64,000 nt of DNA from an uncultured Gammaproteobacteria bacterium (GTDB taxonomy: Bacteria; Patescibacteriota; Microgenomatia; UBA10105; UBA927), in contig CAZEVT010000002.1 in NCBI GenBank assembly GCA_964515005.1, positions 28,968-92,967 on the forward strand, in the 5' to 3' direction. The notes below the pieces were generated by a model. It had not been told where the DNA came from, searched no databases, and saw nothing but the letters and a program-made list of their open reading frames with translations. Below are positions 31,757-39,646 of the stretch, piece by piece. Numbering within the stretch: the first letter of the stretch is position 1; the number at the start of each line of letters is the position of its first letter. A program made the translations under genes and the position numbers.

Positions 31757-32726
31757 CGGAATCAACAATCAGAGAAACAAAATCGGCAAACGTCAGTCCG
31801 ACGGCGCGGTACGAAAGCGTCATGCCATACTCCACATCATCAGAGAGTCCCGGATTGCTATTTGCTTCAAGAATATACACTGTCCCACCCCGCATTCGTA
31901 CGTCCAGACGCATATAGTCTTGAAATGAAAGCTCGACAAATGCGCGAGTTGCGATATCAACAAGAGCCTCCGCAAGCTCCGGCGAAAGGACGGCCAAGGC
32001 CATATCGGACGACTGGTAATCCGCGGCAGATGCGTCCCAGCGGCTTTCGTAGGTCAGAAGTGCATCTGTCCCTTTCGTCTTGTAGACGACTTCGGCCGCA
32101 GGCAGCACCCATGGAGAGCCGTTTTTTTCAATGACCGTCACCTGAAACTCACGCCCGTCCAAAAATTCCTCAGCAATCATGGGCTCGCGAAGCGTCTCAA
32201 TCCGCTCTTTGATCCGGGCTGTCAGTTCCTCTTTGTTTTTTACCACTGCATCATGGGTTAAGCCCACGCTGCTGTGCTCAAGCGGGGGCTTGACGATGAC
32301 TGGATATACAAAATCATCGCGAATATCCTCATCTCCTGTCGTAAATTCCTGCCAAAGGGCAATCGGCAACCCCCGAAGGTCAAGCGCTTTTTTCATGCTG
32401 CGCTTGTCTGAAGTTTCCATAAAATTTTCCCGCGTGGCACCGGTCACCGGAATGCCGATTTTTCCCATGGCCGTAAGGGCGCGGTCCGAAAGGGGTAAAT
32501 CCGGACCGGTCCATTCGATAATGTTGAAGATGCAATCGGCCTGAATATTTTCAATCGTCGGCGCGATTTTGTCCTCGGCAACAGGAACGAGAGTCACCGT
32601 GTGACCATGAGACTCTAGGGCGTTTTGCACTTCGCGGGCTGATTCGGCGGTATCATCCTCCGACTCCATATATTTGGTGCCTGAAGCTCTCTTGGTTGGC
32701 AGATTATAGACGACAGCGACGTTCAT
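31731..32726 (-). CDS. D-Ala-D-Ala ligase-like ATP-grasp protein
   Basis: YPVIVKP, EHSSVG, EEFLDGREF, RLDVR, EANSNPGL. Confidence 0.85.
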   Translation of the reverse strand: MNVAVVYNLPTKRASGTKYMESEDDTAESAREVQNALESHGHTVTLVPVAEDKIAPTIENIQADCIFNIIEWTGPDLPLSDRALTAMGKIGIPVTGATRENFMETSDKRSMKKALDLRGLPIALWQEFTTGDEDIRDDFVYPVIVKPPLEHSSVGLTHDAVVKNKEELTARIKERIETLREPMIAEEFLDGREFQVTVIEKNGSPWVLPAAEVVYKTKGTDALLTYESRWDASAADYQSSDMALAVLSPELAEALVDIATRAFVELSFQDYMRLDVRMRGGTVYILEANSNPGLSDDVEYGMTLSYRAVGLTFADFVSLIVDSAMRRAAKA

Positions 32727-33670
32727 TTTTTGTGGTGGTATTTGGCGTGAATTTCCTTCAGCTGGGGATTGGTAATATGGGTATAAATCTGCGTGGTTGA
32801 GACGTTTTTGTACCCCAGCATCTCCTGGATTGCCCGAAGGTCCGCGCCACCTGAAAGGAGGTCGGTGGCGAAGCTATGCCGCAGGCCATGGGGCGTAATT
32901 TTTATAGGCAAACGCGCTTTCTTGGCATATTTCTCAACCAATCGCTGGACGCTTCTGGGGGTGAGGCGAAACGATTCACCGTTTTTGTCATCCGCGTCTG
33001 GCTTGCGGCCGGCATAGCGGATAAACATGGCAACCGAGGTATCATCGCGATTTTTGAGATACCGCTCAATCCAGGTAACGGCGCTGTCTGATAAAAAGAC
33101 CACCCGGGCGCGCCTGCCTTTCCCTATAACGCCAAATTCTTTCCGCTCAAAATTAATCTGATCGCGGTTTAATTTCGTCAACTCCGACACGCGAAGGCCG
33201 GTTGAGAAAAGCATCTCCAATATCGCTTTATCCCGAAGTCCCTCGGGGCGGCTTATCTCCGGCATGTTGAGGAGCCGGTCTATCTGTTCGCGCTCCAGAA
33301 ATTTAATCGACCGGCTTTCTGCCTTCGGCAGATCAATTTTTTCCGGTGCAATCACTGCTATGTCCCGCTTGAGAAGATATTTAAGAAAGCTTCGGAGCGC
33401 AATAAGATGGTAATTCTGGGTCACGCGCTTCAGGCTGATTCCTTGCGGGTCAACGTACCGCGAAAGAAAGAGCCGGTATTCGCGTATAGATTCTGCTGTA
33501 ATATCTTTTGGAGATTTCACACCTTTCACGGCAGGGGAGGGGGGGGAGCCCGACAGGAAGCCCAAAAATCGATGCAAATAGTGTTCGTAGTTCCTGATGG
33601 TCAGTTGCGAAACATTTCGTTCAATTTCAAGGTATTCTAAGAACTCTTTTAAAAGTGTATTCAGGTCCAT
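32723..33670 (-). CDS. Xer-family tyrosine recombinase (copy 1)
   Basis: SAM-like N-domain, TGLRVSEL, GKG, HGLRHSFAT, TTQIYTH; usual LGH reads LGY. Confidence 0.93.
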   Translation of the reverse strand: MDLNTLLKEFLEYLEIERNVSQLTIRNYEHYLHRFLGFLSGSPPSPAVKGVKSPKDITAESIREYRLFLSRYVDPQGISLKRVTQNYHLIALRSFLKYLLKRDIAVIAPEKIDLPKAESRSIKFLEREQIDRLLNMPEISRPEGLRDKAILEMLFSTGLRVSELTKLNRDQINFERKEFGVIGKGRRARVVFLSDSAVTWIERYLKNRDDTSVAMFIRYAGRKPDADDKNGESFRLTPRSVQRLVEKYAKKARLPIKITPHGLRHSFATDLLSGGADLRAIQEMLGYKNVSTTQIYTHITNPQLKEIHAKYHHKK

Positions 33671-33726
33671 AATCTAAGAATGTGCGACATCCCATGAAAA
33701 GTCAAGTATCTGCTATACTTAACTCC

Positions 33727-34650
33727 ATGAAGCTCGGCATCAAGGTGGCCCCAGGGAACGCGTGGAAACGCGATATTGAATCCACCCACCCGTCCATGGT
33801 CGAAATTTGGTATAACGCAAGTAAACCAGCCCTCTATGACGAGCTATTTGCGCATCTTGCCGGAAAACCCATCGACGTCAGTTTGCACTATTGGGGCGCC
33901 CTTCCAAGCAATTTGTTAACGAACATCTCATTCCCGGACCCACAGATTTCAAAGCCGTCTCTTGCGCTTATGCACGGGACAATCGATGTAGCCTCCCAGC
34001 ACGGCTGCGCATACGTCAATGTCCACCCGGATTTATATTCCTTGCTCCACGTCAACTTTGATACCCTGGACATCCGCGTCGCATCAGAACCTTCTGATTT
34101 CGCATTGGCGCGTAAGACCTACATAAGTGAAATACAAAAGCTTGACGCGTACGCCAAATCAAAAAGCGTTCTTTTGACGGTTGAGACGGTCCCAATGCGA
34201 GATTCGCTGACCTGGAGTCCCGACCGCGACCGAACCCGGGTCATAGACATCCACCAGATGCCGATTGACGTTCAGATTGATCTGGCGGCCCAAGGGATAT
34301 CCATTGCCAACGACTTCTGTCACACCGCCTGCAACCTAATCTCCGAAGACCGTGCGAAGATTTGGGAATTCCTTAAACGAACAACGGAGACTCTGGCGCC
34401 TCAAACCCGCCTTATCCATCTTGGATATCTCGTCCCGCCGTATAACGGCATGGATTTCCATGACTCCTTGGATAATCCGGTTTTGGATACCGATCGCGCA
34501 ATTCCAAACACCAATGAAATGATTGAACTATTAAAACTATTTGGCAATCGCGATGATGTCTGGGTACTGGTTGAACCAAAAGAAGACCACATGAAAAATT
34601 ATGTTTTGGCAAGGGGAATCCTTCAAAAAGCCCGCGTTTTGACCAAATAA
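33727..34650 (+). CDS. TIM-barrel protein, xylose isomerase/AP endonuclease 2-like
   Basis: Metal-ligand pattern VET, NDFCH, IHL, DFH, VE. Confidence 0.6.
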   Translation: MKLGIKVAPGNAWKRDIESTHPSMVEIWYNASKPALYDELFAHLAGKPIDVSLHYWGALPSNLLTNISFPDPQISKPSLALMHGTIDVASQHGCAYVNVHPDLYSLLHVNFDTLDIRVASEPSDFALARKTYISEIQKLDAYAKSKSVLLTVETVPMRDSLTWSPDRDRTRVIDIHQMPIDVQIDLAAQGISIANDFCHTACNLISEDRAKIWEFLKRTTETLAPQTRLIHLGYLVPPYNGMDFHDSLDNPVLDTDRAIPNTNEMIELLKLFGNRDDVWVLVEPKEDHMKNYVLARGILQKARVLTK

Positions 34651-34741
34651 CATTACCCACAACTTAGCCTCGGATGGGAGCCCCTGTATTGACCTAGGAC
34701 GGCTTACATATTTTTAGATGATACTTTGGTCGTCTGGAAAA

Positions 34742-35278
34742 CTACTTACGATGAAATCTTTGGAAAGTATCCCGCGAAAATCGAAGTTTTTCCTCCTGCC
34801 ATGAGTTGTATCCGGTGCCGCGCAAAAACATGTGAAGCATTAAATTTTTCTCCTCGTAAAATGGATATGGAACATTGCCAATCCAAATAACACGGTCGTC
34901 ATTGAGAAAAATTCTTACACACGAAGGATCCGTTGTGCCGCATTCTATGATGAAACGCCCATCCCGTGTGCGGATATCAGGATGTAATCCATCAAACTCA
35001 GATTCAAAAAGAACGTAGGATTGTCCTTGGTGTATCAACCACCGTTTTCCAAGCTTTTTGAGCGCCATATGGCCTTTTTCCTGCGGTCCTAAGCCTTCGG
35101 TGACAGCGATCGTATCCTGAATCTCGTGATAGGCTTCGACCGAAGCGATTACGGATTTTTCATAACGTACTGCGCCGTTGTCTATGGCAATCGCAAGCTC
35201 ATCAAGCACATCCCACGACGTGGCCGCCGGAAATCCGGAATAAAAAATATTTTTGAGTTCTTCGGAAGTCGGATTCAT
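34742..35278 (-). CDS. Putative PD-(D/E)XK nuclease
   Basis: GHMALK...FESE...HPDIR...IIECG; ATGA overlap with the recombinase stop. Confidence 0.6.
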   Translation of the reverse strand: MNPTSEELKNIFYSGFPAATSWDVLDELAIAIDNGAVRYEKSVIASVEAYHEIQDTIAVTEGLGPQEKGHMALKKLGKRWLIHQGQSYVLFESEFDGLHPDIRTRDGRFIIECGTTDPSCVRIFLNDDRVIWIGNVPYPFYEEKNLMLHMFLRGTGYNSWQEEKLRFSRDTFQRFHRK

Positions 35279-36291
35279 CGCACATCCTTTAGCGGGTGGA
35301 ACTTATGATGCGTTTCCTCTGCATATTGGTCTGATGTATGGACATATCGCGTCGTCGTATCCAGCGATTCATGACCCAAAAGAATCTGAATCGCCGCGGG
35401 ATTGGCGCCTCCTTCCGCCAAATACGTCGCAAATCCATGGCGCAATGTATGGGCGCTTATAGGTATATTGATATGGAGGTCCTGCCGGTATTTTTTGATG
35501 CGCTCCTGTAAATAGTTTGTTGATATGTGCTGTTTTATTGACGATAACCCGCGACCCCTGTACGGGATAAACAATGCAGGAATATGATCATGTCGAATGC
35601 GTATATATGCGCTCAGATGGTATTTGGCGCGTTCAGTTAGATACACAAAGCGTTCTTTTTTTCCTTTGCCCAAAATAAAAATTCTTCCCGTATCATCGAT
35701 CTGATCGCGTTTCAGATTGACAAGCTCGGAAATACGCATACCCGTCGCGATTAACAGTTCAAGCATGGCACGATTTCGCAGTCCCGCCCGCGAATCCTTT
35801 TCTAACCGACTCGGCGCTTCGATAATTCGTACTAATTCTTTGAGTTCTGCAATTTTCGGATGCGTGCGAATCGTTTTAACCAATTTGACCGCCTCAGGCG
35901 CCACCGGTACCTGAAAATCCATATCTATAAGGTACTTCAAATACGTTCGGACCACCGAAAGCATACGGTTCACGCTTGTAGATGCTAGCTCTTCGGAGTG
36001 CTTAAGCCGTTCTAGGGGCGTTACACGGTCTTGCGATACAAGATATGCTTTGTAATATGCAAGTTTTTTTTTGTCTAGCTGATCGAAAGGAAATCGGGAT
36101 TCAGATAAAAATTGCGCGAAGGTTAGCAGGTCGCGTTCATAGTTATAAACCGTTTCCTGTGAATACCGATTGGTTTGAAGAAAGAGGAGAAAGTCATCGA
36201 ATAATGGTAAGGAGGCTGAAACATCGATGGAACGAGATGAACCCGTCAGGGGAGTTGGAGAAATTGGTTCAGGCTTGTTAGTCGTGTTCAT
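35275..36291 (-). CDS. Xer-family tyrosine recombinase (copy 2)
   Basis: TGMRISEL, GKGKKER, HTLRHGFAT, LLGH, TTTRYVH; complete catalytic set. Confidence 0.93.
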   Translation of the reverse strand: MNTTNKPEPISPTPLTGSSRSIDVSASLPLFDDFLLFLQTNRYSQETVYNYERDLLTFAQFLSESRFPFDQLDKKKLAYYKAYLVSQDRVTPLERLKHSEELASTSVNRMLSVVRTYLKYLIDMDFQVPVAPEAVKLVKTIRTHPKIAELKELVRIIEAPSRLEKDSRAGLRNRAMLELLIATGMRISELVNLKRDQIDDTGRIFILGKGKKERFVYLTERAKYHLSAYIRIRHDHIPALFIPYRGRGLSSIKQHISTNYLQERIKKYRQDLHINIPISAHTLRHGFATYLAEGGANPAAIQILLGHESLDTTTRYVHTSDQYAEETHHKFHPLKDVR

Positions 36292-36321
36292 ATCGAGTAT
36301 AAGGGATATTATACTCGATAT
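36290..36321. other. dif-like recombinase site (13-6-13 perfect palindrome)
   Basis: ATATCGAGTATAA-GGGATA-TTATACTCGATAT; ATAA-N6-TTAT core as in dif sites; overlaps the recombinase start codon. Confidence 0.75.
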
Positions 36322-36347
36322 TATATGAGACTATACCTGCTTGTCAA
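36320..36347 (-). promoter_or_regulatory. Sigma70-type promoter of recombinase copy 2
   Basis: TTGACA-N16-TATAAT on minus strand; the -10 box overlaps the palindrome edge. Confidence 0.7.
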
Positions 36348-36369
36348 TGCTCAACTACACCTCTACACA

Positions 36370-36895
36370 GCGATTAAAAATTAAGAGTGGCCCAAAAGAG
36401 AGGAAAACAGCCTCGGATAGCCACTCCCCGAGAATAGCGTGTTTTTCCGTTATATGTTATGTAGACGGTAAAGCGGGGCAAAACGAGGACAACGCTTACC
36501 CCCAAGACTCTTATCCTCTGCCGTCCTGGAAGACGTCGCATTTAGAGCATATCAATGCTCCAAACCATGAAAACTAGCCTCATCAGCACTCTGCTTCATG
36601 GAGTAATAAAACGGCCTTTCGGGTTTCTTTAGCGCCTTGTTATGGTCCAAACCTCTATTTTCGACCTGCCCGCAACGCTTCGCGTAGCGAGGCGGGCGGG
36701 GGCTTTAGCGCGTACAAACAATCCAAACCACTAAAAATACGCACACATTGTGTACTCAAGCGAGTGGACCAGTGGCCCACGAGCGCAGGGGTGCACCGAG
36801 CTCCGCTCTGGTGCGCCCCAAGGGTGTGAAATGAGCCTAAGCGATTCCGTGAAAGAAATTATCCACACTGTTATAGGCTTATAAGACTTAAATGC
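36370..36895 (-). ncRNA. Candidate large structured non-coding RNA (~525 nt), family not recognised
   Basis: No credible ORF; many stems; G-U bias and a ccGAAAgg loop favour minus strand; 3' pseudoknot; upstream extended -10. Confidence 0.6.
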
Positions 36896-36900
36896 ATCAA

Positions 36901-36909
36901 ACTATATCA
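36901..36909 (-). promoter_or_regulatory. Extended -10 promoter for the candidate ncRNA
   Basis: TGATATAGT (TGnTAnnnT) about 6 nt before the structured region. Confidence 0.5.
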
Positions 36910-36958
36910 CCCTCTCCTACCTATTCACCCTACCCCACTCCTCTTCCCCGCCTCTACC

Positions 36959-37846
36959 TCACATATTTCCGCGCCAGTGCGTTGCGAGCATGGTAATTGC
37001 AAATACAATTGCAGACACCGAAACAAATTCAATGACTGTTTTTTTATAGAGCTTTTCCACCAGGTACTGCTGGCCCATGCCGACGGCGCTATAGAAAGAC
37101 GTCGTAAAAAGAAGCGCCTGCAGGGTCGTTTTGGTCGGCAAAAAGGAAAACACCCACGCAAGCTCAACTAAAAGAAGCGTAATTGCGATACTAATGCGGC
37201 GCGTGCGGACGGTCACGATAGGAGTAAGCTCCACCGCCCAGAGGGACTGGAATGCCAGGAAAAAACTCATCGCGCCAATGGCGAGAGTCGAAACGAGTGG
37301 ATTAAAGCGAAACGCAAGAATCGTCTGCGCGAGTAAAAAATACGTAACGAGCGTCAACAAAAACCCGACGGAATGGGCCGCGCGAAGAAGTGCAATCGTC
37401 CGGTCCGCCGCCACGTTATATATGTTTTCGGTAAGAATGAGGGCATACATGCCCACGCCGTAGAGGGCCGCGACCGGCAGTCTCGTGAGCCACCGGACCG
37501 GCAGAAGAAAATAAAAAAGCGCGACGGCTGCGGTAAACAGGGTCGGCAACGTCAGAAGGGTCACCCACTCTGCGCCGTGCAAATCCTCCCGAAGGACAAC
37601 CGCCGAGAGTCCGTAGGCAACCAGAGACAAGAAAAAGACCAGTGGATACCGAAGTTCCTGCGACACCAGCTGGGTCAAAAGAAGCCCAATGGTCAGGATA
37701 ATCGTCACGGCGACAAATTGTTGACGCTTCGTGAAGGTCACTCGCCTATCCCAGCGGATAAGCCTTTTTTTGATATTCCCGAACATACCGCTTATTGTAC
37801 GCCGTACTTCCTCCCTTGACAATTCTTGCCAATCCACTACACTCAT
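36959..37846 (-). CDS. Multi-pass membrane protein (DUF5656-like)
   Basis: About 9 TM helices; LTENIYNVA...IALLRAA motif; start uncertain. Confidence 0.7.
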   Translation of the reverse strand: MSVVDWQELSREEVRRTISGMFGNIKKRLIRWDRRVTFTKRQQFVAVTIILTIGLLLTQLVSQELRYPLVFFLSLVAYGLSAVVLREDLHGAEWVTLLTLPTLFTAAVALFYFLLPVRWLTRLPVAALYGVGMYALILTENIYNVAADRTIALLRAAHSVGFLLTLVTYFLLAQTILAFRFNPLVSTLAIGAMSFFLAFQSLWAVELTPIVTVRTRRISIAITLLLVELAWVFSFLPTKTTLQALLFTTSFYSAVGMGQQYLVEKLYKKTVIEFVSVSAIVFAITMLATHWRGNM

Positions 37847-37851
37847 GCCTT

Positions 37852-38583
37852 ATGACGTCCACAGTTTTTGCGGCCGATGATGCCATCGCCGCCGCACTTG
37901 TCCAGGACTGGAAGAAGGCAATCAGCATCAATTCCGCGATCCTGAAATCCAACAAAACCGACATTGACGCCATGTGCAGGCTTGGATTTGCTTACCTCAA
38001 AAACGGTCAATTTACCTCCGCCCGCCGCATGTATCAAACCGTTTTGACCTTTGACCAGTACAATCAGATTGCCACCAAAAATCTCAAGAAACTAAGCTCA
38101 ATCAAGAAAAAAGACGTCATAGAAAACCCCGGGTCGATCATGTCCCCGATGATTTTTCTGGAAGAACCGGGAAAAACGAAAATCATCGAGTGTGTACACA
38201 TCGGACCGTCTCATGTGTTGTCCACTCTCTCTGCCGGTCAGGAAGTCGCACTGAAGGTTAAAAATCACACCGTGGAAGTGCGGAGCCCCAATCAGATATA
38301 TCTGGCAGCGCTTCCCGATGATATGTCATATAAACTCAACAAAATGATTGCCGGCGGCAACACCTACCAGGTCATTGTCAAAAGCGTCGACAAGAAGTCC
38401 CTTCGCGTCCTTGTCCGGGAACTGACGCGGGGCAAACGGTTTGCCAAACAGCCGTCATTTACTTCAACAACCAGCTACGTCTCGTTTGCCAAGGGCGGCG
38501 GTCGTGAGTCGCTCGACATGACCCCAACGGGCGAAGACGAAGGCGATGAAGCCGCGCCTAGTGAAGAGGCTGAAACCGTTTAA
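37852..38583 (+). CDS. TPR-containing protein
   Basis: N-terminal TPR-like helices, FLEEPGKTK motif, acidic tail. Confidence 0.75.
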   Translation: MTSTVFAADDAIAAALVQDWKKAISINSAILKSNKTDIDAMCRLGFAYLKNGQFTSARRMYQTVLTFDQYNQIATKNLKKLSSIKKKDVIENPGSIMSPMIFLEEPGKTKIIECVHIGPSHVLSTLSAGQEVALKVKNHTVEVRSPNQIYLAALPDDMSYKLNKMIAGGNTYQVIVKSVDKKSLRVLVRELTRGKRFAKQPSFTSTTSYVSFAKGGGRESLDMTPTGEDEGDEAAPSEEAETV

Positions 38584-39475
38584 CCGCACTATCCCCCATC
38601 CGGACGATGAGATCTGCACGTCCCGACTCGGTTGCTACTAATTCTTTGCACCCGAGTATAGCGGTCGTCACCTTCGCGCTCACGCTTTTGAGCGTTTCTT
38701 CAGATCCCGCAATTTCACACGCATCTATATCCGCGTTTTCATTTCCCACTGCCACGACGGAAACGCCTACATGCGAAAGCAGGCGTGCGGTGCGCTCACC
38801 CAAAGAGGGCATATCCGTCGTATTGTACAGCGCTACCGTCACCCCCTCACGGCGAACCCGCGCGTCTTCAAAGATTCCTTTGAGTTGTAAGTCTATGGCA
38901 GGCATATCAATCACCCACTGCTTGGTCCCGTCCGGAAGGATAGTGTCACGCGCGACCGATTGTGGCTGACGGGAGAAATCATAGGTATTGACCCGGTCGG
39001 GTTTCGTTACTTGCAGGAGCCAGGTAAATCCAAGAAATGTACGAAGAGATATATTCGTCCGGTACTGTCTTCCAATGTAAGAAAAGATATTTCGCAGTGA
39101 AAAAATCTCTTTTGCCAACGACGGTGCATCGGACGAGCCCGTAAATACTCCGGAGACCGGTCCTATATACCACTCAACCGGTATCCCTATGGCCTCGGTG
39201 AGACTTTCCGAGAGTACTGTACCGTCTTTTTTATCAATCTCGCCCAGGCGCCAAAATGCATCGAGCGAATACTCCCCGTACCCGTGCGTCCCCTCGGCAA
39301 CGACGTCAGAAGGCAAACTCACGAGCGTAAGCGTCCGGTCCGTGGGATCCCAGGAAAAAATGATCATGGGAGAACCTGCCAAAACTACCGATTGTCTGGC
39401 ATATGGACCCTGCCGTGGAAAAAAGATCCATGTGGCCAGGATTGCCAAAAGAAGGATGAGCGCGAACTTTCCCAT
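38558..39475 (-). CDS. LCP-family-like protein with LytR C-terminal domain
   Basis: N-terminal TM; VALYNTTDMPSLG...VGN...DLIVRMG. Confidence 0.7.
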   Translation of the reverse strand: MGKFALILLLAILATWIFFPRQGPYARQSVVLAGSPMIIFSWDPTDRTLTLVSLPSDVVAEGTHGYGEYSLDAFWRLGEIDKKDGTVLSESLTEAIGIPVEWYIGPVSGVFTGSSDAPSLAKEIFSLRNIFSYIGRQYRTNISLRTFLGFTWLLQVTKPDRVNTYDFSRQPQSVARDTILPDGTKQWVIDMPAIDLQLKGIFEDARVRREGVTVALYNTTDMPSLGERTARLLSHVGVSVVAVGNENADIDACEIAGSEETLKSVSAKVTTAILGCKELVATESGRADLIVRMGDSAVKRFQPLH

Positions 39476-39625
39476 TTACCAATCTTTTTTGCCCTTTTTG
39501 ATAATCGTAACCTGCGGCAGCTGCCAGCCCATACCGCTGCCCATTTGTTTCTGCGCTTTTTTTTCAAGCTCGGTCTTTTTGAATTTTTTCTTTTCGCCTT
39601 TGTAAAACCCGCTGTTTGATGCCAT
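39476..39625 (-). CDS. Small basic protein (49 aa, absent from ORF track)
   Basis: MASNSGFYKGEKKKFKK...LPQVTIIKKGKKDW; its TAA directly abuts the next ATG. Confidence 0.6.
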   Translation of the reverse strand: MASNSGFYKGEKKKFKKTELEKKAQKQMGSGMGWQLPQVTIIKKGKKDW

Positions 39626-39646
39626 AATTCCACCTCCTTTTCTATT

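Noticed and set aside
31148-32726. RiPP cluster (C39 peptidase plus ATP-grasp)
   Set aside because: Genes are convergent, the ATP-grasp is Ddl-like, and no precursor peptide is evident.
36341-36577. 78-aa ORF inside the structured region
   Set aside because: TTG start, no SD, no recognisable motif; overlaps the recombinase promoter and predicted stems.
36576-36626. Hammerhead ribozyme (CGAAA ... CTGATGA on the minus strand)
   Set aside because: The required stems II and III would have only about 2 bp each.
36859-36867. Perfect DnaA box TTATCCACA as oriC
   Set aside because: Single box, no cluster, no dnaA/dnaN nearby; expected by chance.
36370-36895. Identification of the element as OLE RNA, RNase P RNA or tmRNA
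   Set aside because: Only short resemblances (TAAGAGTGG, GAGGAAA, GGCTTATA). No GAGGAAAGUCC P4 core, no tRNA-like ends or tag ORF, no oapA neighbour. I cannot support a family call without a covariance search.
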